This document shows, piece after piece, positions 14,201-26,800 of a stretch of DNA of 64,000 bases. This stretch comes from Phoronis australis (taxonomy: Eukaryota; Animalia; Phoronida): contig NMRA01000060.1 in NCBI GenBank assembly GCA_002633005.1, positions 351,472 through 415,471 of the forward strand. Reading direction: 5' to 3'. The stretch's first letter is position 1. Each line of letters opens with the position of its first letter. The notes under the pieces are model-generated. The model was given only the letters and a program-made list of their open reading frames with translations, did not search any database and had not been told where the DNA came from. The translations under genes were made by a program, and so were the position numbers.

Positions 14201-14663
14201 ATCCATTTGCTAATGGGAATTGCTAATTATTAGCTGAATAGTTAGCACACTCGCCGGTTTTATCTGGGTCGCTGGTTCGATTCCCGGGTCGTGTCTCAGA
14301 GCACTAATACTAGTTTGATATAAGTTTCACAACGAGAAGAACTACCCAAACTGCGTAAAATTTCGGGGTTTAATGGAGCTCAACACATATTGGTACCTAG
14401 CTGTACGATAGCTTTCATACAGCAAAATGACTGCCTAAAGACAGTAGAACTGGCACACCCTGTTTCTGTGACTGTGACACTGACTGTGTATTGCGAGTGA
14501 CGTACCAGCATGTGAAGTGGAAAGAAAAACAGGGGATTTTTATGCTGTCAATATGCTGTCTGCGACAGAAACTCAATCAATATAGACCACACACCAGTGA
14601 AAATTATTACAAAATCTGAAATACTCACAAAATACTATAAAAAAGAAGCCATTCAAGCTTCAT
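2251..14663 (-). CDS. KLHL2: Kelch-like BTB-BACK-Kelch protein (KLHL2/KLHL3/Drosophila kelch type), CUL3 substrate adaptor
   Basis: Coding exons 14629-14663, 12465-12599, 11642-11870, 10531-10706, 9423-9519, 6796-7062, 6193-6310, 5782-5979, 5187-5288, 3899-4027, 3240-3380, 2251-2438. All introns GT-AG and phase-consistent; 1815 nt = 604 aa (591 aa from the ATG at 12595). BTB ([21 protein letters not shown]), BACK ([11 protein letters not shown]) and six kelch repeats ([70 protein letters not shown]), characteristic of KLHL2/3. Exon 1 is the least certain. Confidence 0.93.
4907..5245 (-). repeat. Three degenerate tandem copies (~100-125 bp) of the 3' half and donor region of kelch exon 5187-5288
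   Basis: Copy 2 reads [21 protein letters not shown] versus the exon's [23 protein letters not shown] more decayed copy lies near 4955-5010. Confidence 0.7.
5587..5742. mobile_element. ~160-bp CAG..CTG MITE, copy 1 of 3
   Basis: TIR CAGGGGCAGATCCAG / CTAAATCCGTCACTG. Homologous (inverted) to 30495-30656 and 31428-31585. Flanks GACCT/GACCC. Confidence 0.8.
7657..8717 (-). mobile_element. Helentron-associated element (HINE) spanning an assembly gap
   Basis: Subterminal IR ACTCTGCGCGTG (~7693) / CACGCGCAGAGT (8701), (AAGAAT)n microsatellite at 8626-8660, 3' palindrome ATTATTGTCACGGCGTGACAATAAT, CTAG terminus, internal TGACCT-rich repeats. Confidence 0.75.
7952..8160. other. Assembly gap (209 N)
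   Basis: Run of N within a repeat array. Confidence 1.
8857..9009. mobile_element. Tc1/mariner-type MITE
   Basis: TA|CAGGGTGACCCA ... TGGGTTATCCTG|TA. Confidence 0.6.
11267..11437. repeat. Minisatellite, 42 bp x4
   Basis: TCTTGGGTCTGCGTGTAATGGGAGGACTCAGACTATAGAGTA at 11267, 11309, 11351 and 11393. Confidence 0.95.
13890..14295 (+). mobile_element. Two tRNA-derived SINE heads
   Basis: A-box TAGCTGAATGGTAAGC / TAGCTGAATAGTTAGC and B-box GGTTC(C/G)ATTC at ~13940-14000 and ~14230-14290. Homologous copy inverted at 21420-21560. Confidence 0.6.
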
Positions 14664-14840
14664 GAATTCCCGGAAGTGAAATCATAATAAAAATGCGACG
14701 TCTTGTGGGGAAATATAATGTGTCAAAGGTCAAGAACAAAGGTCAAGGACAAAGGTCACAGCATGTGTTGTGTTTTGAAGGTAGGTTAAACATCGGGTCC
14801 AAGGTTAGTGGTGTTTGTGGTATTATTTGTCTGATGGACT
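14664..14840. promoter_or_regulatory. Putative bidirectional promoter of kelch and IDO
   Basis: 177 bp between divergent ATGs. ETS motif CCGGAAGT at ~14669; three AAAGGTCA motifs at 14725, 14738 and 14751. Confidence 0.6.
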
Positions 14841-17800
14841 ATGAGCATGAGCATGAGCAGTGAAGACGCGGAGATTGTATTCGACGTGAACAAGTACCAT
14901 GTGTCTTCCAAGTTTGGATTTCTCCTCGAGAATCCTTTGGTAATGATGTATTTTGTTTTTTCTCAATTTTATTAACCCCCCTGCAACTTGCAACTGCAAG
15001 TAACGTACTTTCTAAAAACCCCTCGACCCGCAACGGTACCCCCTCAACCCAAAGCCGGGTTTGCCTCCGTCATGTTATCGGCTCACCGTCGGCTTCGCTG
15101 GGTCTGCACAGCAGTACAAACCGGCACAACTAGCAGCAGACAGCCACACGTTTCAAACGCACCTAAGCTAAACAAGGTGTAGGCTAGAACTACGAACAAC
15201 TCACCTTAGTCTGAGAGAAACGGCAGACGGACCTTTCTGTTCCAATATGTCTTCAAGGAAAGTCACTCTGCGACGTAATAAGATTATGTAAAATTGCAAA
15301 AATGACCTCTAGTGCCACAGGTTGTGGGTCGAGGGTGTCGTGGGTTGAGGGTGTTACGTGGATCGAGGGGCCGTGAGTAGGCGTGGGTTGAGGGGTGAGG
15401 GAGTTGAGGGAGTTTTAGAACAATCCCTAAGTAACCTAGAGTAATAGTAGTCACATAACCGGGTAACCTGTCGGTAAATAAGTAAAGTTCAAGCTGAGCA
15501 TACTTTTGTGAATGAATCTGAACATTACAAGCATGTTTTTGCCCTGCTGTTGTTATTGTGATGGCTCTTCACCATTATCATCTCTAAGAGCTGCAGCAGT
15601 AACAGGTCAGGGGTGAATTGGAAAGCGATAGCACTCTTTCACTTGCAACTAGAACTAAGAACTGAGGTTATAACAGTTTTAAATGTTAACTGTGAACTGT
15701 AGTGATTACTTAATCGCTACAACAGTAGAAAGCTCGTTACAAACAGGCGTGCATTCAGTAAGGCTAAGACCTAGCTAAAATCTAGTCAAAGTCATGTGTT
15801 CTCATTTAAAATACACAGTAAATTCCCCCGTAGTCTTGCGAAGACTTGCTTTTAAGCGAGGTCCTAGTGTTACTGAATGGGAGGCAGGTCATTTACCCGC
15901 ACTATCTCCCGAACATTTCATCAAACCTATCAGAAATACCCGTAGATCATCTAGTGTACACTAACAGTCTCTACAATTGTTAACGTCCAAAGGAGGAATA
16001 TCAAGTGCTCCCAACCTATTGTATGCAAAAGAGACTCCTACAGATATCCTATTCCACGTACAATACAAGATTGGAATCAACTGCCTGAGAAATTAGTGGC
16101 AGCTCAATCTATCCAGGCCTTTAGGCCTCAAATTGCTGCATTTCTGATTACTGTGCTCTCTCCTCGTTGCCATGGCAGTATTGGTTACTGCAACATAATA
16201 GACAGATTCAGGTTCAGGTTTAGTTGTTTTGTTTTTAAGAACCAGCTAATTAGGCTTAATAATCCAGATATCAATATAGTCCATTGTTACCTTAAGCGTT
16301 CTGTGCACTTTTTTCCAGTATCACTATTCCCTAGGTCTCCCTGGCCATTATGTTCCATTCTAGGGTTTAAAGCATTACTGAAACCATTTATCAACTTGAA
16401 CCTGAGAACCGAAAACTTACGCTTCCCAATCATCATAAGATTATACAATTTAATTTCAGAAGCCAAACAATTAGAAAAATCACTAGTAGTAGTCCACATT
16501 ATATCAATAATTTTAGTCAATATTTTACTTCGACAAAGTCGTCGCTGATGCGATAATTGCTCTATTCTATACATGGAACATATCAGATTCCCTGATAAAC
16601 TGGCTTCTTGACAAGATCTGGACAAATCTATTGAAGACTGGTGCTCATGCAGCTGTGAAAGATGTGAGTTTCTATTGAACTGCCACCAACCACATGGATT
16701 CTGTTGTGACCACCATATGTTCAGTTGTAGGCTAGATGAAACAAAAATTCTGATTATTGCATTACTTACATGGTGGATTTCATGCAATACAAAAAATGAA
16801 AATTGTGTTATGAAAATTAATTGATGGTATTTTCTTATTTCTTTTAGCATCAGCTCCCAGAGTATTTTGATACCTGGAATGAGCTGGGACGTACCTTATG
16901 GTCTCTTATCCAAAGTCATACTTTAAGAGATGCTGTTGATCAGGTATGATATGCTCCCAGTCAGTCTTTTGTTTCAGGTTACATTATCCTTGTGCCAACC
17001 AGAGACTAAACTCTCAAATCTTCGAAGCCAAACTTGAACTGTATATCTATTTTCAAGTCTAAAGTCAGTCTCTGATTTTATCTATGATTGAGTTAACCTT
17101 TTGCCAATGCAATATCGGGAACAAATAAAATTAAAGTTTTTGCATAAAAGTTAAGTGACACCGTATGAATTTGTTTTAATTTTTAAGTTCTATGCTGCTG
17201 CTACCATACTGGACGCTGTTTTGGGACAGCTAGCTTCTGGGCATTGACAACTTATGTTAGGAGCTTCTGAAAAGTAGAACAAAATCAATTTTGGTTCTTA
17301 ACATTTGTCCGAAATTGGTCAGATTTTACTTAATTTAACACTCTAAATTTGCACTTAATTTACTCCTGAATTCAAGCTACTGACTGCAATAGGGTCGTCC
17401 CAGTTTACATGACAATCGAAAGTTAATTGACTCTTAAGTAAGAAATCGCTGTGTTTTCATTGGCCTGGTTTTGAAATATCACGCACATTTTCACAGCTCA
17501 TGTCAGCTACTGCTGTGGTGTATGGCTGTGGAAATAGTCCTGATTTCAGCCATTTAAAGTGTAAATTGCAAGGTCTCAACCAATCTGAACAACAATATGC
17601 TCTAAATTCATGTTTATAATTATTATTACTATATTCTTAATATTAACTGAATTGTACGTCGCTATAAAAAGTTATTTACATATTTGTTGCCGTGGCGTTG
17701 TAACGCCATTGTTGTAACGGAAAATAGAAACGGCGCCATTTTCCTTCGTTACACATCTGTGACGTGGTGTTGGGGAACACAAAGAAAACAATATGGATCC

Positions 17801-20800
17801 CAGTGAGTACAGCAGCGTAGATGAAGAATATTTTGAAAGATACAGGGAGGGTCAGGTGGAGTTTTCAGACGATTCTGACGTTTCGGATGTGGAGGAGGAG
17901 GCGACAGACCCCATAGGAACCGTTGAATTTGTGCTCACACCTTCTCTCTAGTAGAACCGTTTCCCTTGCTCCGGTTGTCGACGATCCAGCCCCAGCCGGT
18001 TCGTGCAGTGAATATCAACGGGCAGAAGGTGCGCAGGAGTTGCGACAGAATGTTAGTGACTGGTAAGAATATTATAAATATGCATCATACTACCGCGAAT
18101 TACTACTTGGTCTTTTTTAATTTTAAGTTCAGTAGCTTTACCGGTCACTCCCAGGCGCTCTCGTCCCCACTGATGAATCATTTTTCAGCCGTGGATAAGT
18201 ACCAGTTTCAGTGATAAAAAATGGGACTCGTTGCACTTACGCAAATCACTCAACAATGTGTGGTCTTTCATTATTTGTAGACAGTGGCGCATTGGTTTGG
18301 GCCCCGGACTCTTGTTTGTGAGACTCGGGTTCGAATCCTGGCTTTCACTGGCAGACAATTGGGCATTGTACGAAGTTGTCTCCTACTCCCCTGAGCTCAG
18401 TCTTACTAGTGAGTGAATAAATGTATGCATGGGAAAGAATGAGAACCACCTCCCAATACTCAACTGTGTAGTGTAAACAAGAGGAAAAAAGAATTGCAAT
18501 TTTGCAACTTAGACTTTCTTACCTGGGGGCCGGAGGGAATTCCATGGGTTATAAAACAGGTCACTTCATTTTCATACTCTAGGGCCAAGTCAACTTGGAC
18601 CCAGAGCAATGTACACACGTTTTTCTAACCAGGTTTAGTTTGTGTAAGTCAATGCTTTCATGCCTATGTACCTAATGTTGCTGTTATTTGTGAAAATTGG
18701 TACATGGCTTGGGTGCGAGTTGACTTGGGAAGGAACCGTCTGGTAAAGTTTCTAAAGAGTATAGAAGGCATCGGATATTGAGAAGTTTTTAAAAATGTTT
18801 ACTGTAATATTCACGATTATTAACAAAACAGACCCCTCCATCAATGAATCAGGTGTCAGCAAATCAAACTAAGTATGTCCATTCCTATATATATATCCCC
18901 CAGGCATGATCTGCCACTGCCCTGGGTGTAGCAGTATTCATTTGTATGAAAAGTAAATATCTTTACTATTTATGTGATGTTTCAAAGCTTGTTTTTTGGA
19001 ATTTAGTTTCATTTTTGTTCTGTTTTAAACAGGTCGCTGCTCAACAATCAGTCTTCTCGAAAACTGAGGTCATTGCAAACCCTCAATTAATTTGGCCGAG
19101 ACACTCTTGGTAAATCAGTAATTTTTTCAATTCGACATTTTGATGTTTACTAAAGTAATGTATACATATTGTCACATCTTGCAGGTGCACGTGTGACAAC
19201 TGTCAGACTACTGCAGTCATTGAAGAAAGAGTATGTTGTCAAGAAGTCGACAAAGTTATTGCTAAACTTGAGGACGAAATGAAGAGGGACAACTTAAACG
19301 GAAGAAAAAAATGTATCGTGTACCATGGAAGTTTTCAACCTGTGTGCATCAATCGTGATGTTTTGGAGACTGCATGGTTGCAGTATAAAAGCCAATATCC
19401 GGATGGCTATGACGGACCCTTTGATAAAAGGATGCGACACATAGCCTACAGACAGTTCCAAAGATGGGTGCATGGTCACCTAGGACGAACTGTCCGTGTT
19501 GTAATTCCAGCATGCGCAGTAGCCTGCATCAGAGCTTTTTACCCTCCACCGGGAAATGAGGAGGACTTTGAGTTTCAAGGGTTTTCTTATTAGTTTCATT
19601 TATGTATATATATATCGAGTTGTCTTATCCCTGGAATGCCAACTCCAGCTCATTACCTAAGTACTCTATTACTAAAACTTGTGACTCGGGGAGTATCTAC
19701 TTTGGACGAGTTGAAATAAGTGACAAGTTCCATAGAGAGAACAAATATCCTAACAAACGAATGCAATCACAGCGCAATCTCAGTGGTACAAAAATGAAGT
19801 TGGCATTCCATGATGGATTTCTGTGTTTTCAGAATGGTAAACAATTGACAAAGAAAGTAGCATATATTGATGTTCAGGAACTTATAGTGACATGGTCATG
19901 ACAAGTGTAATGTTACTAGAACTACATTATAAACCTCTAAACTCAACATCAGTTATGGTTTACTTAGGAATTGGTCTCACTGGAGTTGTTAGTGAGTTTC
20001 AAGTGAACACATTCAACAATATTGCTGTTACATAAAAATCTGGACTATTGTCTGAGGTAGAGACTGAATCTCCTGCCCTCTTCTTATACAGTAGGACTCG
20101 TTACATTGGTAGTGCTTCATTGGAAACTAGAAAGGCTAGCATGCATTAATTCCTGTAACGCCTCCAAGTAACTTTGACTTCGATGAAATATCTGTCTCAC
20201 TGGCTCCAACTTACCGAGTTCTACTGTAATTCAACAAGACATTAACTACCATGACGTGGCAAAGTACTGAATTTCCACCCAAAAGCTACAGTATGCAATA
20301 GCTTCAGATGTCTATGACATGGTATAAAACACACAAAATTATACACATGTATAGGAAGTGAGAAATCTGGAGAGAGTGCTTGGACCACTCGCAAAAAAAC
20401 TCGCAAGAAAATGTTAGACAGTAGAGTTGGGATTCTGTGCAAATGATTATTCTGTCGTACAATTTGAATGATATTGGCAGACACGAGAAGACTGACGACC
20501 CATGTATATTTTCATCACTACCAATGTTTTAGGGTTTTTTTTTTGAAAGCTGTACAGATAGCAATGCTAGAGTATTTATAGTACCAGTATTGGAAATCGT
20601 GAAACACTTTTGAGCGTGCCATATGGCTGTCCGCTTTGTATAAACCCTGCGACATACTATGTTCTAACATTGAAACATTTCAATGTTACTTCAATATAAT
20701 GACTATAAATATTGTGGCATAGCTTTTAGGTTTATTTGATTAACAGTAAACTGTTGCCGTCCCATATAATGCATCGGTAAGGGGGCGAAAAGGTACCTGT

Positions 20801-23800
20801 GTGGGTCGTCAGTCTTTTCGTGCCCCAATATCATTCATTGTCATGTATGTGATGGAAAGAAATATCAGTACTGTCCATTGACAAAACAAGCAGTCTAATT
20901 GAATTTGTCTGGATATCGGCTCCTCATCCGTGCCACGGCCTCCTCCTTGGACACGTCTGGAGCACCAGCACTCAGCATTGGAGGGGCGTCAATTTCCAAA
21001 CAAATTTCGAGGTCACTGGCTTCTCTTTTATTTCGCAACAAGTGTAACGTATTCTTCCTTACTTCGTTCACATACTCTGAAAAGCACAACTGCAATTTAA
21101 AGTAAAAATCATTTTGAATCAATGATTTAAGTTAAACACGACGTCACCTAAGTGCAAGTTTTCGCCTACTTTTATAACCTTCAAGCAAAGGCCAAAACCA
21201 GAGTTAACCCTGTTTTATTTTTGAAGCAGGTTACTTTAATAATCAAAACCGTGCAACTTAAGTACCATCGTTAGAACAGTTCAAACTTTTGTCAGCACAC
21301 CACCATCTATTACTTGGTTGACAAAACCCCACAAAGAACCTCCTGATGCTCAAATACAGTGGTCTCTGAAGCGCACCATAGCCTCGTAGGGGGGGGGGGG
21401 GGGGGGCTGTAGTAATAGCCGAGATTACCCGACTCAGGAATCGAACCCACGACCCCCATAAAACCGGCAAGCGTGCTAACCATTCAGCTAATAGGCAATT
21501 TCCCATTAGCGAGTAGCTAACAGAGGCTCATATGATTCACCGGAAGCACATCTACAACAGGGCTATAGTACATGTATGTAGTTACTTCAGAGCTGGGCCG
21601 CCCATCGGCATGGGCGGTGTGCACCATAGGGGGCTGATGGTATTGTCCCCCCAAGTGCTGCTCTCCCCATAGTACCAGGTGTATATCTCCACTCTAATTT
21701 GGCTGAAGACAATGATTCTCAAAAATATGATACCCTAAATGATCCTTACTGACTTCGCGTGACTTGACTTTGAGAACCATCAGCAAATGAAATTGCATTG
21801 GGTCAACATGATGCTCAACTAGCGCTGCTACACACACAACACCAAGAACAGTTGAATCAACAAATAGCCTACTGGGCAACATTCCAAAGAAATACCACCG
21901 GCAACACTCAGCAATTGTTGACCGCGAGAACTATGGTGATTGCGAAAAAAGATCGTTATAGTTCAAGCACTGAGAAAGCGTCATGGATATAAGCCATAAA
22001 TTATGAAGATAACTTACCTTTTCACAAGACCAGCTTCAAACTTCATGATATGTTTGTCGTCGAAGCAGCCGTCCTCAAAGTGGTCGGAGCATATTTCGGC
22101 TCCGACAGAATGGCCGACTCGACAGTCATTTTACAATGACGAGCAGTGCACACGAAAACGTGCCATTTCGCGGCCAGATGCTTGTCTTTGGGAAACCTAA
22201 ATAGGGTCACGCCTTCCACCTGGCTGGTGTTAGCACAGTTGGCGCACACACACCGATGTACCATGTCTAAATCACGCCAAGATTGAACGCTCCTTGTTCG
22301 TCTTCCACTGTTTTGTATGGGCGGTAAACTGCATTGTGGGATATTGATCTAGTTTGTGTTCCCCAACACCATGTCACGGTGTCAAAGGTCAACTTTTCGC
22401 GGATTTTTTTTAATTTTCGCTTTTTAACGTAACTACAGACACAATAACATGATAATTGGAAGAAGATATATCCAACTAACAATATCTTGAAAATATTATT
22501 ACAATTTAACATACTTAGACCTTGCAATTTACACTTTAAAAGTACCAGTCAACTGCTTGTTACACCGTGCCTGGAGAATTTGTTCCTCCAGTTTCAAGTT
22601 TGATAGTGATCGACGTAGCTTGGATTTTCCAGTTATTGCGTGTCAATGGTTACCCTCTGAATTTTCGGAATAGCTGTAAAAGGCACTTTCTTTCAAAAAT
22701 GAATGAGGCAGATAAGGTAGCTGTTATTGGGCCCCAGTAAAAGAAAATTTTCTTTTCTCTTGGTTACACAGGGCCAAGTAGTGCAAAATTGAAACGTCAA
22801 TTATCTCGCCTTATTCATTGCATAGACCCAGCTGTTGAACTGATAGTTGTTTTCAAACCTCTTTGAAAACTTTCCAATATAGACCCTATTCACGCCGACA
22901 GGAGGCGAGTTCCAAAACGAGGCTCGCTACGATAGCTGTATTGCGCGTTGCTCGAACGGCTAGGAAAAATACGGAGATTCAACTGTCTGTTTTACAATCT
23001 CCGACTAAGGACACTGAGATGCGGAAGCGACGAAAGAGAATATGTCCGTGTAAAGTTTATAAATGTTTTCGAAAAGTTAGATCATATTTGATAGCATCTC
23101 GTTGCCGAGTAATGACGACTGGAGAATCTTCGGCCAGCTAGGCTTAGTGTGTTCCCTTTTTCATGATGCATTTTTCTTTCGTTCCAAAACGAACAGAGCT
23201 CTCAATCCCTAGATTTTGGGGCCGAATATCGACTCTATTCCCCTCTAAAAAATATTTAAAAATCACGCAAAATTCCCCCACGAGACCTAAAAAAGTGATT
23301 GGAAATTTCTCTTCGAAGTTCAATCTGGATCGAGTGAACATGCACACAGGTGACAATTTGACGGAAAGAGCACAAAATGCTATTTGAGACACAGCATAGA
23401 GAGCTTACAACAGGGCGGGGGTCTTATTGATGGTGATCGGCCGGGAGCTAGATTTTTCCCGTCACTCGGCGAAAAAAATCCCCCTCTTGAAGGCACAGGC
23501 ATCTTTCTCCTCCGTCGCCGGCATAGATGAACGAACAAGGCCCGGCCCTGAAGAAACATGATAACTATGCTCGCTCTGATCAGTTAACTGAAATTGAGCA
23601 CTAAAACAAGGTTATGCTTTAGACGAACGAATTAGGTACGTGTTTTAATTTTAAAATTCAACTTGGTACAGATTGATATTTGAATCCTAACACATGCAAT
23701 AGACGTAACAATTATTAAAACCAAGAAAGTAGAATTGGTGGTCAAACAATTTTTATTTTCAATTACGAGCCAGTTTTTTATTATTTTAATAAAATATGTT

Positions 23801-26800
23801 TAATAACATCAATTATTCTTTCAGATCAATGACAAATCAATTGTTAGTCCCGGTAATCCCTACCTCACCAGGCAGGACCTAGCTAGGCTATCTGATGCGT
23901 GATGTTAATATTCTTGATTAACAAATTAAACCAGATGTACATGACAGCAAAATGCTGTCGAATATTTCATCAACTCGTCATCAATAAGAGCAGACGAACT
24001 GGTTCGTGTAGAAATAAGCATTTTTATCAACAATTTACAAGAAGAAACGTAACCCTGCATTCAGCATAATAACTAGCCGTAACACGTCGATCGCCGCAAA
24101 TTTGGTCTATTTACTTTTCATGTTTTGAACCTAGTTTTCCGAAAAAAGCTTATACCCTTTCGCCAGACAACTCTTTGGTGCATTGTCTTGTTCTCTAATG
24201 TATTTCTTTACGTCTCTGTGGTTAATTTTTGACACATTTTTAAGATTTGATATCCAGGTTGGACTCGAAAGACCGGCCATTTAACTCACGCTAAGTCAAC
24301 TTCGGCTTTGTTTATCGCAGTGAGCCTCGCTTTGGATTTTAATGTCTGCCGCGTGAATAGAGTCTATGCTGTGTAAACTGAAGTCACCCATCCCTTTATT
24401 GAACAAGAGCAACGCTGTTTATAAGGTTGAATGTGACAACTGTAAGGAATTCTGTATCGGGACTCACACAGAGACGCCTCTCTGACAGGTTGAAAGAACA
24501 TACCTCAGAGAAAAGCAACAATAGGGGAGAGTGGGGTAAAACGGCACCCTTAACTTTAAAGATCCATTACCAAAAAGTATACAATGTATGTACAATGAAT
24601 TAATCATGTTCGAAGAGCTTACCTTGTTGTTTATAAAAAACATAATTAAGTAGAATTAAAATTGCACCGTCTTGGCCCAAGACAGATTTGACTTTTTATG
24701 GGTGGCTGGGCCGTTTTACCCTACCTTGCGGTTAAGACGGTCACTGCAGGTACGTTGGGTAAAACGGCCCTGCTACTACGAACACAGATTAAATGTAATC
24801 ATCGATTTATACAATGAAATTTCATAAAAAGTCTTTTTCTTCTGTTATTTTTAAATCATACATTATACAATATGCGTTCTTAGCTTTTAAAAACTTAACA
24901 TGACGAAACTGGCAGTTTACATTTAATGTAGCAACTAACAATAAATTTTCCACCACAAACAGTCGCTAGAGGCAGAGGTCACAGATGTAATCTTCGTCTT
25001 CGCTATCTACCCCGGCACATTGGTCATGGGCCCATTTTTCGCAACTTGAGCACTTGATCCAGCGGTCATCATCGCATGTTTCTTCGCAGAATATGCAGGC
25101 CTGGTCATTGCTTTCATCGTCATTGATGTCGCCAACTGCTTTCTTCTCTTCTGACTTTTTTGGTGCTTTGCGCGTTGATGCAGAAAATCTGTTTTTCTTT
25201 GAACCATGGTCATTCCTTTTCTTTCTTCACATTTGCTCTAACGCTCTTCCATATCTTCAGTCTTCTTCCGTTTTAGTTCGACAACGTCCTCAAGCGTTTT
25301 CTTGTACGGGCTGCTAGTAAGAAGAGTTGCTGAGCTGCTTGAGCGCTTGCGTTTGCCCTTTCCCTTCCCTTGATATGGTTGTGCATGCGGTACCTCAAGT
25401 ATGTTGGCTGGAGACATACGTGGTTTCATGGCTTGTTCTCGGGAGTTTATTGCCAAACGAATCATTGGCAGTTTCATTTGAACCTCTCTCATTGTTTTCC
25501 GATGACTGGAGGCTGGTATCAGCAGGTGCTTGCTCATATAGATTGGTGGTCAACAACAATGATCTCTTCTTGGTGGCAAGTATTGTCAGTGACAAATGAA
25601 GGTGCAAAAACATGATCCTGGAAAACATGGCGATTGACTGCATGGCTGTTTTTCTGAAACCATTTGCAGCAATAAGACCTGTCGTTGACTTCAGGTATGC
25701 CTCGTTGAACAGTTTGGCAACTTGAAACGTTGTTACTGTTCTCCCTGGATTGTTTCGCATCCAAACTTCTATCGCATGGTTGTAATACGTATGGGCAGCG
25801 GTTTCATGAATGATACATCGAGCGGCTGCAACCGATGCGTGCAGTGAGCAGGAAGGCACAGCATATGAACACCATGGTCTCTTGCGTAGTTAATGAGATC
25901 TATGTTGGTTGTGTGTGACGAGTGCCCGTCTAGCACTAACAGTACTGGGTTTTCTTTCGTTGCTCCAACAACTGTTACAAAGTTTTGGAACCACTGGAAA
26001 AAGCTTTCAGTTTGTATCCAACCAGTTTTGTGACAAGTGTAGATGGACCCGTGTGGTCCTCAATTAATCAGCTCCTATTTCATTCGCTGGCGTAGAAAAA
26101 CAAACATGGGAGGCACAAATATGCCCGTAGCACTCATACGGATTTCAACTATCACTAGTTGACCGCGTTCCGCCGATGTGATACTTCTGACTCGTTTCTT
26201 CCCTTTGAGCGCTATAATTTGCGAAGGCCTGGATTGTACGGTGCCGGGAGAGTCCCGTCTCATCCACGTTGTAAACACGGTCAGGTGCATCCATTAGTTT
26301 CTCAAGGACATCAAAAAACTTAGAGACAATAACCTTGTTGAACCCACGTGCTCTTAAAGCTGATATTGCCTCTGGTGTACGGATGGCAAGCTCAGTATGC
26401 CGAGATAAAAACCCATAAACCCATGCAGTCCTTTTCAGCCATGTTGTTACTGAATCGATGTGGTATTCCATTTTTCTCTGCCAGCTGATAAGCAAGAAGT
26501 CGGATGTCCTTAATGCCAATGCCAAACATTGTTTCTTCAAGCCTCAATACATGCTGCGCCAATTCACGCTCAATCTTTGGTGTAAAGGTGGTCTGTAATA
26601 CACATTATAAAATTGTGCTATACAATATTCTGTTATACGCACTATATTTTGCGCAAAATGTAATTGTATAGTGATATATCACCTCTTACAACGGAGCTGC
26701 AATATATCCCAATGCGGTTGAAAAACCATCTACTCACACGAAAAACTCTAACCACATACCGAGACAGTCTATTTAAACTGCAATTCTCTCTTTATCAAAC

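Larger units (their letters stand above)
17558..22535. mobile_element. Kolobok DNA transposon (internally deleted, ~5.0 kb)
   Basis: Perfect 19-bp TIR AGTGTAAATTGCAAGGTCT, TTAA TSD (17554-17557, 22536-22539), convergent THAP-transposase and KolX genes. An empty-site paralog (..AAATTTAAAAGTACC) lies at ~36258-36272. Confidence 0.9.

Noticed and set aside
13935-14295. Possible tRNA genes (also 18280, 21420, 54548)
   Set aside because: Only A/B boxes, no complete cloverleaf, dispersed diverged copies: these are SINE heads.
15195-15290. Strong minus-strand donor AAG|GTGAGT as kelch exon 1
   Set aside because: It lies inside a MITE in IDO intron 1 and has no ATG; the 14629 donor gives an in-frame exon.
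16096-16850. Overlapping 150-aa and 187-aa ORFs
   Set aside because: AT-rich intronic sequence with non-ATG starts and no recognisable motifs.
21694-21992. ORFs as the Kolobok DDE core
   Set aside because: No catalytic motifs recognisable on either strand.
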